Positions 38,444 to 54,194 of a stretch of 64,000 nucleotides of DNA are shown piece by piece. Source of the stretch: Eledone cirrhosa (taxonomy: Eukaryota); NCBI GenBank assembly GCA_964016885.1, contig OZ024747.1, positions 81,096,001 to 81,160,000 on the forward strand. The letters are read 5' to 3'. The notes beneath the pieces were generated by a model. It saw nothing but the letters and a program-made list of their open reading frames with translations, searched no databases and had not been told where the DNA came from. The position numbers and the translations under genes were made by a program. Position 1 is the first letter of the stretch. Every line of letters begins with the position of its first letter.

Positions 38444-39341
38444 CTGCAAAGAAAAGGGGTATTTTCTATGTAATGTATGAAACAAAAATGAACAAAACAA
38501 ACAAACCAATAAATGATATATAAATAAAATGAAAAGAAAATTTTTTTTTTAAATATATAAAAATGAAATAAAAACAGAATGCAGGATAGAAAAACAAATA
38601 AAATGATAGCAACAGAATATTGTAAAAATTAACAACTAAGTTCAAACCAAAGCAAAGAAAATGAGGTTAAGTATATGTTATTTGCTTAAGAAATATTAAA
38701 GAAAATAGGGATAATATAAAGAAAAACAAACAAGATCCTTAAAAGTTTGAAGACATATGCACATATATGTGTTTGTATGTGCGAGTGTGCGTGTAAGTTT
38801 GTTGCTATATATATATATATATATATACGTGTGTGTGTGTGCAAGATTGTTGCTATATATGTGTGTGTGTGTGTGTGTGTGCCTATATATGTGTGTGTGT
38901 GTGCCTGTATATGTTTTGTATGCATATATATATATATATACACACACACACATGTATGTATATATATAAATATATATTTATATATATATAGGTATATACA
39001 TATACATATACATATATATAAACATATATACATATATATTTATATATATATATATATTTATATATATATTTATATATATATTTATATATATATACATATA
39101 TAAATATATATATATTCATATATATATATAATCTTAAAACAAAATATATCATTCAAAATAAATAGTAAGAGAAAAAATCTAATTGAAGCACAACTCTAGC
39201 AACAGATAAAAAAAAAAATGGAAGATAACCGCAGCTAACAAAGTTAATGTTTATATATCTGAACCTTATCATTGTAAATGTAAATTCAACATTGAGAGAG
39301 AGAAGGAGCGGGGTGGGAGGAGAAATGTGATAGTGAAAGAG

Positions 39342-39482
<141 letters not shown>

Positions 39483-42329
39483 ACCCCCCCCCCACACACA
39501 CACACACACACACAAAAAAAAGAAAACCATGAAAACACACAAATCAAAGAAATCCAGTCACAGAAAGGAGTTTATGCAAAAATCTAAGTATGGTTATTAT
39601 AAATTTTTCTGTAAAATGTTTTAGTTGAAATTTTCAACATCATCATCATCACCATCATCATCAATTCCCCTCTTTTTTTTTTCATGCTGTCCCCGGCTTG
39701 GCAATGTGTTATGAGGTCCAATTCTAAAGCTAGATACCCTTCCTGAAGTGAACCTTCACTTGTTTTGTTATGCAAGATATGGACATTCACACACATAGCA
39801 ACTGAATAGGATCCAGTAAGAGTACTGAAAAGAACATTGAAAATTCAAGCATTCCCAGTTTTATGATTACAAATATAGGGACATTTAATTTACTCATAGG
39901 ATTTGCATAGACCATGATCAAATCAACAACAATTTTTCTATTGAATATTTAAAAATATTTTTACTTGCTTTTTCTTCTGTTCCTTTCAATCTTTAGGAAT
40001 TCTGAATATTTTAATGCTTTCTAACAGAAGGAGGTAGGAGAGTTAAATCATTTCCTATAATAAAGTAGGATTTAATATTGTGGGCCTCACAAATGGCTTC
40101 AGACTCAAATGACATCAACCATTTTAGTTGTTTTTCATCATGCATAAATAAAGTATACATATCTAAACTATAATAAAGTAAGAAGCGCGGGACTGTGTAC
40201 GGTTTATAATTTTTTATCCCCTTACTAAAATAAGTTGGATTACTTTGAATAAATAATAAATGAATATTACATAATTTATCTACTAAATTTCGAAGCTGTT
40301 CATTAAATATATTTATTACTTATTTAAAGATTCACTTCTTTAAAATTTTCAAATGTCAACACTTCCGGTTAGCGATCGTTTCAATAAATATTCATATATT
40401 TCTGTCACTAATTTTCTCCTAATGCAGTTTATATATAGTATCGTCTTTTTTAATGTATCATGGATTATGTTACTGATTATATAAGAAAGTGTAACACAGT
40501 CTTCGTTCAATTTCTGTGTATATTGTCAATTACAATTTTATTTGATGTATCATATCTACATGCATATATACTTGCGTATAATATCAATATACACACTACA
40601 CATGCTATCAGAAAACCACCCGAAGAGTGGTTTTTCTGATAGTTTATTATAAACGAGACACACACAACTCGTATGAGAGATAGGTTGCATGATTTGTCTA
40701 CATGTCATAACGTTATTAACAGCATCAGAAGTGTGGTATTATTTCATTTGCTGAATTTTATTGGAATACCATCCTCTTTTCCCTAATCTGATCTCTTGCT
40801 ACATAGGATTCACTACACACAATAGACATATCAATATGCCTTATTGAATACAAAGTTAAAGATAAAAGAGACAGTATTTAGATGCTCAAATAAATTCTTT
40901 TTATATTGCATATTTTTCAGTGAGGGTTTGAAAATTCTGCAATTTCCATTTGTTGCCATATTTCTAATAAAAGGCATTGCCGATGAGTTTCAAATAATTT
41001 CGAAAATGATCAAGAATGTGGAGGGGTTTAGTAACAACTAAATTTCCAATTATTAAGCTTGTGTTTGAAACACAACTTTACAGATGTCCTTGCATAAAAT
41101 CATAGTGGGAGATTTTTAGATAAATATAAGCACTTTTGACAAAATAAACTGTTTAGTATCATAAAACCAAGGCAGTTTCAGGCAGTTGATCTAAAAAGCA
41201 TTAAAAAGAAATTGTTGAAATTTAATGCACAACTTGATCATTTTAGTTATGTCATCAGGAAAGATTGAGCCCTGTCAAGTAGGAAATGCCACAGAATTTA
41301 CTATCTGTGGACACAGCAGCATGCTTGTGACTAGGATCAAATCTATGAACTTGTAGCCATTTATTTTATTTTGATATGATATTTGATATTTCGATATTTT
41401 GGGGAAACAGCTTTTCAATGAAGCATTGTCATAGAATTAGAAAACAGCATCATGTCCAGGTTTATATTGCAATGCTTTGAGTAATTACTTAAATTGCTTC
41501 AGTAATTTCAACCCAACAATAAGAACGCAGAAATAAAATGATAATGAATAGACATTCAACAATATTTATAATTCAGACAGAGCTATTCATTTTAGATATT
41601 TTCATTGTATAATTAGTTTTGTAAATGTGTCCGGAAACTAGTCAGTTTCCATTCCTCTCTCCCTACCTTTCCCTCTCTTTTCCCTATTATCATCAGTCTA
41701 CTGCATGTTCTCTTGCTCCTTTCCCACATCTCGAAATTCCTACATTTGAAACAAATACACCAGTCTACTATAAACTTTACACTTTTTACTGCTATGCTGT
41801 GAACATCTTAGAAGCATTTTTAAAAGGCCTCTCAGTCAGTCAACTGTAAAATTCCCCTTTCCTACATTCCCCCTGTGAGTATCCATACCTATATTATGGG
41901 GAGGCATGAGCTATAGTTGAAGGTGACCCAACTAGAAGAGCAGAAACTCTAAATACATACTAATGCAGTGCAGACACTTCTAGTGCAGAACACATTATTA
42001 AATACACCCATTCCATGCAGTAAAATAGTTTGGTAAGAGAAAGGTCATCCAGCCATTAATACCCTGGTAAAAACATTTGCATGTTAGTGCTGTGCATGGG
42101 ATTTGTAGTCAAAGGTAAATATCTGACCATGTGTGAGAACTTTCTTACCCTTAAATTACTTCGCCTTCTTTCAAATGCAGAAAAGAGACATAAAACAAAT
42201 TTCCTACAGTCACCAATTCATTGACCAATCTAGCAATCATGCAAGACAGATAGGAAATATATACAAGAAGATAAGGGATCAACAACTGTTTATAAATACT
42301 AAGTCTTTCTCTGGTAAATAATGTATCTG

Positions 42330-43945
42330 AAGATAAGAGCTAGATGAACTGAGAGATGAAAGATAATCCGAAGAAGGAATGTGTGAAGGTTGAAAAACCC
42401 TTTGACCAGATCAAGGTTAAGAAAGTAATAGTTGACACATATGATGAGAAAGAAAATATTAAGTAGCAAGAAATGCAGCTATATGTGAGGTATACATAGC
42501 AAGGAGAGAAGCTGGAAATAAGAGGTTAACCACAAAAGGTGATCAAAGGCATATATTCTGGACTGTAGAGATGAATCAATGTAACTGAAGATGCTGGGAA
42601 ACGTTTGAACAGAATGATAGTAGTATACTACACCCAATGACACCAACAGAAAGAAGCATGGAAAGTTGATTACACAATGTTGCCAAATGATAATAATGCA
42701 TGAGAAAGAGAGAGAGGGGGGGGGGGTTATTCTATGTAGATGAAAAAGAGGAACAAACTATTGTAGTTGATAGTCATATGGTTGAATGTATTGTTAAGGA
42801 TATATAAGCAAGGATAGCAACTGTATCACCAATAGCAGTCTTTGAAATGCTAAACACATCTGGCAAGGGAGGAAACACGATAGTCTATTGGGTGATATGG
42901 TGTAATGCCATAGCCAATGATTGTCATGGTACTGACCTGCAAAAGGCTTTTGATGGGGTACATGTTAAGAAAATTAGGTGTAGATGAATGGCTTGAGAAA
43001 ATTGTATAAGCCATGTGAAGGTGCAATGTGCACGTTGGGAGCATTGAGTTTAGGGTGTGGGTAGATCTATCAAGGTTTCATTTTCAGTCCCCTTCTGTAT
43101 ATTATAGATGAATCTAAAATCCTGTATGCTAATTTCCTTTTTCTCATAGCAGAATCTGTTGAAGACTGGGAGAAAAAATTCCAAATGTGGAAACAAAGTC
43201 TAGAAGTGAGAGAGAGAACTCAGAATATATCTAGCAAAGATTTAAGTTATAGTTAGAAAGAAAGAAGGCAGTAAGTATTACTGGTAAGCTGCCAGAGAAG
43301 GTCTTTTGGTGCACCAGATACTCAGGGGTAGTTATCATTAAGAGCATAAACAAAATAACTTTTTTTTAACCTTCAGCTCCCTAGAAATAGTTGATAGATT
43401 CTCTTGTCAAAGTGACTTAACTAGCATAGAAATCAGAGTAAGAATGGGGTGGAAAATGTTCATAGCTATTACTTCTGCTGGTAACAAAAATTCTATCTTC
43501 AAATGACGTCAAGATTGTATGATGCTTGTGTATGAAGTGGGAAGTTGCAAAACATGAGCACTGAATGTAAAATATATGTGATGGCATAGAATACAGTGAG
43601 GATGCCCCACTTGACTGGTAATTTTTGTATTCATGATCTATACAGCACAAATAAACTGGAATAGAGATTGAGTATTCAAAGAATCAAATATAGTGTGCAA
43701 GAGCAGAGGATGTACTGGTAAGGACATGTGATGTGCATGAAGGTTTGAAGTTAGGTAAAGAACTATCAAGGGATTATAGTGGAAAAAATCTGTGAAAAAC
43801 ACGAGAGGAAGAGGTGAACCCTGGTATCAAGAGGGGTAACCTCTTAAAGGAAATGACAAAAACACCAACAAGTGATGAGACACTGTGATGGAGAAGACCT
43901 GTCCAAATCATGCAAGCATGAAAAACTTCATGTAAAATGGTTATG
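42330..43945 (+). pseudogene. Highly decayed RTE LINE (same group as 31601)
   Basis: DLQKAFDGV, MLRKLGVDEWL, GWKMF, GHVM; tail GAAGACCTGTCCAAATCATGCAAGCATG..GTAAAATG. Confidence 0.75.
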
Positions 43946-46900
43946 ATAAATCTTGGAAAAATTTCAAAGCATACTAACTGGAAGGTGGCAAGTATGTTTT
44001 CCTTGACTGAAATAGATTCTAGTTGGAATCTATATCCCTTCCTCTAGACTTTGGAAAGAATAATAATATTACAAAATCCAAGTTTCATTCCTCTGAAGTT
44101 GCACTTCTGAAGGAAAATATAATGACAAGTACCAAAAACATTGACTTTGAAAATCCAAATACTTTTATAGAGATTTTGAAACAAATATTTTATCGCTGGA
44201 TACTTGATGTTAACTTCATGTATTTAACCTTAAATTTAATGTATTGCTGAAAGAAATGAGTTAAGTAAAATGTTCAAAGCATTGAAATAGACATTTCGAG
44301 AATATATTAATGTATGCAATTATTTTGTGAAAAAACCTCATGCACCATTAAAATATATTTTGTGTTAGTATCAGTATTTCAGTATTAGTATTAAAGACAG
44401 TAGTTATTCAACAGTTATATGAGTAAAAATAGTGGTGATGCTAATACTAATAATATAAATATTTGTAGTAACATTGCTGCTGGTAGCAGTAGTTATCATA
44501 ATGACCATTAATTAATATATTTTCACAGTAAAAAAATCAAGCTCATTATTGCAAATCATTCACTTGAATTTATTAGTCTGGTTCTATCCCATTAACTCAT
44601 TACGTCTTCTAATTAATCTACTTCCAAGAAGGAGAACCAGCCGAGAAAGAGTGTCATAACTACTGCACAGCTTGGATGGAAAAGGGAGATTACTGGGTAT
44701 TAAATTCAGAAGTTGACTCTGCCCATTATTTGTAATGTTAAAACTGTAATAGTAAGCAGAGTTTTGTTATGTGAGAGTAATTCTATAACAGCCAACACAA
44801 GTAGTAAATGCTGAACATGAAGACAATAGCAATGGAAATAGTTATATTCATAAAATCAGGTTATTCTATAGTAATTTCCGTTTGTAGTATAAGGACAATT
44901 TAAATGTGTTTCTTTACACCAACGTTTAACTATTCTGCAAATATATCTAGATTAACTGCATACTTTAAAAATAATGATTTCTTTATTTAAAATAATGACA
45001 ACAATTGAAATACTAATGTTGCTTTGTATGAATATCTTATTAATATGATGGTATAAGAAGCCCAAATAAAATCTTAGAAGTAAAAGTACATTACAGTTTC
45101 TACTGAATTTATAGAAGACAATAAAGAATTTAATGGAGGTGTAATCTAAATTTGATAGATTGCAACTGGAAGTCATATAGGAAGGTATATGCTGTTGAAT
45201 ATACCCACTTAACATTTCAAACTATAAGAAATTTATAAGATCATCATATTCATCATTTTAAAAACTATTAGTGTCATCTTAGCATCTGATTTTACATACT
45301 GGCAATATTCAGACAAAACTTTCATACATGATCATATAACATCTTGACTTAGTGTTATATTTCTGGTGCATATCATTCTCAGATCTGATCTAAACACTTC
45401 CTCTCAATTACTCTTTGGCCTGCTCCTATTATTTGTAGGCATCTCTTTTGGTTTAGAACTACAGTAAATAAACTCAACTGGAGAATATCTTCATTTAGTA
45501 TGCATCCTCCATTTGCAAGTACAATTCAACAGTCATCTATTCTGCAACCATTTACCAATACAGATAAGGCTAAGCTGCTTTCTCCCCTCACTGGCCCTCA
45601 CACATTATTGTAAACAATGCTGACATTGAACCATCTTTTCAACTGTTATTCTGGATCTTCTGTATTTATAATTCATGTTTTACTGCTGGCATCTGAGCTA
45701 AAGACAGCAGGTAGATACTTTCACATTAACCACAACACTCTTGACATAGGAAGGATGCATAAAATACATTATACCTAAATATACAATGTTTAGGATCATA
45801 GGTTTTCTGCTGGAATCAAAGTTAATCTGAGCAAAGACAACAACTGTTATGGAGTATCATACGAAGCCCATAACCAAATTTTGATTCTAGGGTAAGTTGG
45901 AACATTCTGGATGGTCACTCTAATTTGCAATAATTCTAAAGCAGAGTTTGGGAATAAATATATCACCATAAACTTTTATAAATCTGAGGGTACACCTTTG
46001 AAAAGTAGGGAGTCACTGCTATCCAATGACCTCTCCACCTCATCCCGGTGAGAGCCCATATACCATTTCTTACATATCATTTTTACAATTTTTCTTTTAT
46101 AATAAAAAAGAAACCATTTCTAATGAACCATTCATTAGTATTTCAAATGTCAATCTCATTACAGGAAACAGACATCTTCAGTAGCCTTTGTTCACTCTGC
46201 CTTTACTGTGACTGGAGCTCTGCTCTACCTCCAATGGTTTAGTCAAGCATGTTTATCCATACTTATTTCAGTCTGGTATATATTTTATCAATTTCTATTT
46301 TTGAATTGCTAAGTTACAGGATATAAGGGGATGAAACATGAAATCAAAAACTAACATGGGCCCATGAATACATGCATATGACATGCTTCCATACAGCTTC
46401 CATTTAGCAAATTTCACTCACAAGGTATTAGTTAACCAGAAACTGTAACTTTTCTGTGCCCATACTCTTAATTGATTTTACTTAAATCACAAGAAACAAC
46501 TAGCTAGAAGTTGAAAAATTGTTTTGAATCATTTTGGTTTTATAAATGCAAATAAGGGGCTTTTGTACCATTCATAGATATGGAAAAATATAAAATATTA
46601 CTTGGGCGTTCTTTGTGAGTGACCACATCATTTTACATACACTTTCCCTTCATGGTCCAAGACTAGATGGCTTGGAGAAACAAATCTTGCTTCTATGGTC
46701 CATGTTTTAGCATGGCCTTTACAGCTGGATGTGCTTCTTAATGCCAACCACTTTGCAGAATGAACTGGGTGCATTTTTCCATGGCGCCAGCACTACCACA
46801 AAGCAAAATGTACTGGGTGTTATATTATCATTACATTAATGTAAAAAGTGACAAACTTTTGTGAATATATCAGAAAGTATAGTTTGCTGAATCCTAATGA

Positions 46901-47439
46901 CATTAGTATATTAGTTGTTGCAGTCATTACAGAAATGGGGAAATTGTAGTAGCAGTTGGAAGTTGATTATGAGTGATTGCATTCAACAAAATTAGTGAAC
47001 TTAGTATAAAGGATTTTTCATGAGCCTTTGTGAAGTTTAGTATATGGAAACAATTTTTCAAACAGAAACATGTCAGATGTTAAGTTAGTACTTGATAATT
47101 ATGAATCCTTCTGTATTAGTTAGAATATATCATAGACAAATATTACAATATGATAAGGCTCAAAATTGCACGATTGAGGATGATAATCATATTTGAAAGC
47201 ACGAAAACTCACTAAATAATGTATAAAATATTTTAATCAAATCAAATATGTTGTGTGTTCCTACATTCCCTTCTCACTTGTAAACAACATGTATGTATGT
47301 TGTAAGAGCTTGTTCAAGAAATAAATATATTATTCAGTGAATAATTTTTACATATCTAAAATTTATATTTATATTACATAAAACCTTATAACCAGTAGTC
47401 TATTTATACCTGTATATACCACTGCTTGTGAAGTTTATC

Positions 47440-47705
47440 TGGCCTAGCGGTTAACGTGGTGGACTTATGATCATAATGTCATGGGTTTGATTATTAGATC
47501 AGAATGTTTGTTATGTTCTTGAGCAAAACACATAGTTCCATGTTGCTCCAGTATACTCTGTTGAAAATGAGTGCTAGCAGTAGCTGGGGGTTTAACCCTG
47601 CAATGGACTGGCATCCTGTCTAGGGGGAAGTCTTGTACTCTCAGTTGCTTAACAATAAGGCTACTAGGATAAATACTGGCCTAATGAACTTCTGAGCTTG
47701 AGACA
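47440..47705 (+). mobile_element. Old CORE-type tRNA SINE
   Basis: TGGCCTAGCGGTTA head; CTTGAGCAAAACAC..TGTTGCTCCAGT. Confidence 0.6.
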
Positions 47706-47876
47706 GACTTTATACTATTTTGTACACAGCTGCTATCAGTAAGTATTGTATTTATGATGATTATTTTCAAGGTTATGACAGAGAAAGAAGGGCAGCACAC
47801 ATGATATTTTAAAATGTCTACAAAACTGGTGGGAGGAAGTTATTTTCAAACTGGATATTTGAAGAGAAAGCTTTAA

Positions 47877-48098
47877 CCTGTTAGCATTTAAACTGGCTGT
47901 ATCTGTCCAGAATTCTCTGATCTCTTTCAGTTCAAACTGGTTGTAACTGGCCACCCATACCAACGTTATGGTATTTTTCTCAAGATAAATAATATCAAAA
48001 TCTCATCAATTCGATATCATGTGAGATGATTGTTTTGAGGTAAAACCTTTTTTTTTAAATTACAATAGTATATATAGAGTAATGTAAATGTTAAAGGG
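47877..48098. mobile_element. piggyBac-type MITE family 1
   Basis: TTAA flanks; homology to 36721-36941. Confidence 0.8.
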
Positions 48099-48771
48099 TT
48101 AATCAAAGTAGCTTCTACTAAACGTATCCTAAGCTATGTGATGAGGCATTAAACTAGACAACAGATTAAGTTCACCATCCCAAAACAGAAACAATCATTT
48201 GACATTTTTTATCCATCAATGTCATTCACAAGGCTATGATAGGTATTTTCCCAAGTTGCCACACAGCAGGATACAAACTCAAATTCTATAGTTCTTAACC
48301 ACACAGCCTCTTTATTCAGTCAATGTTGATAGAATATTTTTAATGCAATACTGTATCATATTCTGAGTGCAGTGTATGTATTTTTGTAACCAGTCAGATA
48401 TCTACAGATACATTGTGTCTATTTCTGTATACAGATAACAGACAGTGCTTCAATTACTCTATAATCAGTCAGACATATACAGGCAATGTGCTTATTTCCA
48501 TTCCTGTCAATATCATATATTCTGTGTGTTTATTAATCCCTTCAGTCAAAATTTAAAGTCTATTAATATAAAAACAAACAAACAATAAATAAAACTAATT
48601 TATTTAAATGACTACTCAAGTGTTCAGAAAACTGTGTTAGAAAATGTTGGTGCAAAGTGATAGATAGTGATATATATATATATATATGAGTGTGCCTGTG
48701 TATATATATATGTGTGTATATATATATACATACATATATATATACATATACTTATACATATATATATATGT

Positions 48772-48815
<44 letters not shown>

Positions 48816-49082
48816 CCACACACATACACGCACCCACACACAAACCTAGTAAATTAGAAACATCCTCAGTTAGCTAATTTTAGCAAAAAATATAAAAGAA
48901 ACAAAAACTAACAAAATGGAAAAGAAAGGAGACTGAAGTGGTCAAGCACTCATATCTGAATGTGGCGTGTTTACTACATGTTACAGCTTGTAATGTTGAT
49001 GACGTGCATCAGACAATTTTTCTTATACATGCTCAAGATAAACTCTGGTAGAATATTGTTCAATATATCAGTTCGTATTTAC

Positions 49083-49100
49083 CTTTGGTGACATCGATTC
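49083..49100 (-). other. Candidate 18-nt microexon
   Basis: tttttcttcgtttttttcacctgatag|GAATCGATGTCACCAAAG|gtaaat. Confidence 0.45.
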
Positions 49101-49536
49101 CTATCAGGTGAAAAAAACGAAGAAAAATATAAAATAATAACAACCAAAAAAAGAAAGGTACAAGAAATAATTGTTAAATGTTGCTATTTTTTTAAAAAAG
49201 TGTTATTTATTTCTATTATAATATCATCATCATCATCATTATCATTATTATTATTTTTATTATTATTATCATTATTATAAAGAACCTGAAAAGAGAAAGA
49301 CAAAAAATGAAATAAAAAGATGAGAATAAAAACAAAACAAAAAAATTAACAAAAAATAAATAAAAATACAAAAAACAAAAAGAAGAAATACTTGCTGGAA
49401 CTAAAATCAGACATTATATTTAACTGGATAATTGCTGGCCTTGTGCCAAAAGTAGAAAAAATTATATTTAACTGGGGGTGCTTGTAAAATCAGAGACTTG
49501 TAAATCATAACAATATTTATTCTAATTTAGTATTAA

Positions 49537-49770
49537 CTCTTTTGGTACCAAACTGCTTAAAATACCCCTGGTTCTATGATACAATACCATTTATTTTAAA
49601 GTGGTTATATTTATTTAAACCCTTCCCTCATAATTTTATGTAAGAACCTTCATTATGTTCTGAAAAACAGCTTAATAATGAGAAAGTTAGTTATACTACT
49701 AAATCACTCTAGGTTTTGGGGTATTTTCAAAATGATTTTGACTTTCATTAGAAATATGCTAAGAAAAGGG
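49537..49770. mobile_element. piggyBac-type MITE family 2
   Basis: TTAA-CTCTTTT..AAAAGGG-TTAA; relatives at about 18850-19075, 56450-56682 and 56765-56998. Confidence 0.7.
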
Positions 49771-49832
49771 TTAAAGATTCTTTAAATATACTCTTGCAAA
49801 AAGCATGGTTGCTAATTGTAACTTCTATACCA

Positions 49833-49993
49833 AAGGGTCGGACATGCTTTCTAGCATAGTTACGTCCTTTTATGATCTGAGTTCAAATCCCTCTAAGGTT
49901 AACTTTGCCTTTCATCCTTACGGGGTTGATAAAATAAAGCACCAGTAATGTACTGGGTAATTGCTGGCCTTGTGCCAAAAGTAGAAACAATTA
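49833..49993 (+). mobile_element. SINE family A
   Basis: Family homology. Confidence 0.85.
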
Positions 49994-50314
49994 TATACAT
50001 TGGCAACAGATTTGAACATAACTGAAATGATATTTAGAAAAATTCAAAATTCAATGTAAGGCCACATTTGATTAAATCTTTGTGTCACAATACTGTCCAT
50101 TAATTACATGTGTCAGAATATAGGTGACAGAACCAACTTTAGAATATTACAGAATTTAACAACTCTGTGAAGATAAAAGGAAAAGTAACCATGATAAACT
50201 TTGAATATTGGAGGTAGTGTAAAATAAGTATATGCCTTAAGGTATTTATTTCAATAATCTTCTTTTGAGAGAAAATAAGTCAGTCATGAACTAAAATCAT
50301 ATGTATATATACAA

Positions 50315-50364
<50 letters not shown>

Positions 50365-50586
50365 TCAGGTCGATCCACACACAGATCGCACCTCAAGCTG
50401 TTCGCCGGGGAAACAATTGTAACACACAATAAATTGAGTTCCGATGCATCACTGATGCTTCGTTTTCCATTTTATCATACTCTGATCCATAGGAGCACAG
50501 AGTGCTCAACCGGCATACTGCCTATGGAAGCATCTTAGCTACCATTAGACATATATACAAATATATATATATATATATATATACAC

Positions 50587-50894
50587 ATTTTACGTCTGCT
50601 TTTCCCTGCTTTCAAAGGTGAGACGGGAACTGAATCTGGCTTGATTTCTACAGCTGGATGCCCTTCCTAACACCAACCTCATTTACAGTTAGTGCTGGGT
50701 GCTTTTTTTCTGTGGTGCCTATACGTCCGCTTTACAGTGTGGGCTGGGTGCTTTTTTGCCGTGGCACCTCCACGACAACTTTGCAGTGGAATGATAGGGA
50801 CCCCAGTCCAATCATCTCATTTCTACAGCTGAGTAAACTGGAGTAATGTGAAATAAAATGTCTTGCTCAATGAAACAACACATCACCCGGTCTG
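50587..50894 (-). mobile_element. SINE family B (5'-truncated, two internal units)
   Basis: Reverse-complement match to 29985-30290. Confidence 0.85.
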
Positions 50895-50906
50895 ATATAT
50901 ATATAT

Positions 50907-50957
<51 letters not shown>

Positions 50958-51071
50958 ATTTCAGTTCCTGACAAGCAACTATTTAGTTGACAGTTCAGAC
51001 CATTCCACTGAGTATGGTTAAATCCAGTGACTAATTATTTGTACAATAATCACTGCTCTAAGAATTAATGA

Positions 51072-51875
51072 TAACTGTTTCTACTTTTGGCACAAGGCTA
51101 GCAAATACCCAGTACATTACTGGTACTTTATTTTATCGACCCCATAATGATGAAAGGCAAAATTAACCTCGACAGGATTTGAACTCAGACCGTAAAGGGA
51201 CGTAACTATGCTAGAAAGCATGGCATCCAACCCTCTACCAATACTGCCAATTCAACGCCCTAAGAATTAATAATTGTTTCTACTTTTGGCACAAGGCCAG
51301 CAATTATCCCAGTGCATTACTGGTACTTTATTTTATCGACCCCGAAGGATGAAAGGCAAAGTTAACTCAGAATGGCAAGGGCCATAACTCTTTGCATCAC
51401 AGCATGGTGTCCGACCCTCTACCGATATTGCCAATCCATGATAATAATAACTAGTAAGGCCTATGGAATTCCTACTTTTATAAGTTTTCTTATTTCTATT
51501 TTGATGCATAAATTTATAATATTGCTTCATTATGTTAATTATTTCAATTATGTGAAAGATTTTGTTCTATACTTAAAACTGTTTAAAGTGTAACACTTGA
51601 ACATAAGAACATCATGACAAGTAGAATAATATTATAGATAGCGTTTTACCAAATCTATAATAACGATTTCTACTATAAGCACAAGGCCAGCAATTCATGG
51701 GAGGGAAAAGTTGATTAAATTGACCTCAGTGCATTACTGGTGCTTTATTTTATCGACCCCGTAAAGATGAAAGGCAATGCTAACTTCGGTGGGATTTAAA
51801 CTCAGAATGTAAAGGGGCATACCTTGATGCTACAAAGCATGATGTCTGATGCACAACCGATACTGCCAATCCACC
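51072..51875 (-). mobile_element. Three SINE family A copies (51072-51260, 51268-51438, 51657-51875)
   Basis: Family homology; TSDs CTAAGAATTAAT and ACCAAATCTATAATAA. Confidence 0.85.
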
Positions 51876-52339
51876 AAATCTATAATAATAACACCTAACA
51901 TAGACAGAAACTAGAAATTTAGCAAGGGCATTTTATTGATCATATTGACTCAGTAATAGACTGGTTCTTATTGAACCCAAAAGATGAAAGGAAAAATTGG
52001 TCTGAAATGAATTTGAACTCTATGTAGCATTTCATCTCCCACCATATCAATTCTGTCAGTTATGGCACTTTATAATATTTTTGATGGTAATTGTTATAGC
52101 AGCAATTAGAAAGAAAATAAGAAAAACATAAAAAAAAAAATACATGAGAAAACTAAAATAAATAATGATGAGTTGTAGTTTCAAATCAGAAAATGAAATA
52201 AATTAATGACAGACAGACAAACATAAAGATATCCACACATATGTGCCTACACATACACATATAGTGTAAAAAAGACACAGAGCAATAATATAGTTTAATC
52301 TAATCATAAATCCCTACCAAATTATGTTGGCAGAGAGTT

Positions 52340-52640
52340 ATTATTGTCGATGATGATGATGATAATGTTGATTATAAGGTTGTTGATGATGATGCTTGTG
52401 ATCATGATGATCATGTTAGTAATAATTTTGACTATAAGTATAAAGATGATAATAATGATGACCACAGTGTTGATTATAAGGAAGATATTAATGATGATAA
52501 TTACAAAGATGATGTTATGGATGATTATTAATATGATGATGATGGTGATGATAGTAGAGCTCATATGATGATGAGCAAAAATGAAAAAGAAAAGAACTGG
52601 TAACATCAAAAGCGATGATGATGATGATGATGATGATGAT
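52340..52640. repeat. Degenerate (GAT/TAA)n trinucleotide region
   Basis: Directly visible. Confidence 0.85.
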
Positions 52641-53430
52641 AATATAGCCATCAAAACGGTCAAATAAGACAATGGCGATGGTGTTGATGGTTACAACAGT
52701 GACAATAAAGCCAACGACTGTGACATCAATGGGGTATTACATATACATTACTATATGTATATGAAATATCTATGGTAAGAGGACAGGGCCTGAACCATTG
52801 TAGTGTTCAATGCATGATGCAGTGCAGAGTAGATATTAGGAGGAGATAAAATCCTAACATTGAAGCCAACCATTTCAATTTGTGCCCACAATAATTTTCA
52901 AGAGTAATGAAACTAAATGTAGAAATATGTTGAAATGGTTGTGTTCAGTGATGAGATATAAACTCTTCACTACATGTGTATGTGTATATATTAGTACACA
53001 TATACACAAAGATATTCCCCCTCATTAGACACTGGGTCACATACAAGGAGTAGATGTCTTCTATTGCATTCTTTAATTAAACTTGGAAAGAAAAAAATTC
53101 AGATTGAGGTGACATATGAACACTTTTTTCTGAGTGCATTGATGCTTGAAAGAAAAGTGAATTAGCTACAACTAGGAACAGAAAGCATGTCTTGGACGCA
53201 GCTGGTGGGGAAATTATATTTGATATATATTATTTCACAATGCCCATTCTCCCTAGAGGCTGGTTTCAAGAGAGAATCTAATTTTATATAATATGAGCAT
53301 GATTGTATGCACATGTATGTATGTTTGTGTGTGTGTATGTGTTTGTGTATACATGCATATGAAAATGCACTGATAAATCAACAAAAGGATAGCAAAGGTG
53401 AAAATAAATCAGAAAATCTATATCTAAATG

Positions 53431-53960
<530 letters not shown>

Positions 53961-54007
53961 ATATATATGTATATATATTATATAATATATATATATATTA
54001 TATAATA

Positions 54008-54056
<49 letters not shown>

Positions 54057-54145
54057 TATATAATATATATGTATATATATATATTTTATATAATATATAT
54101 GTATATATATATATATTATATAATATATATGTATATTATATATAT

Positions 54146-54194
<49 letters not shown>

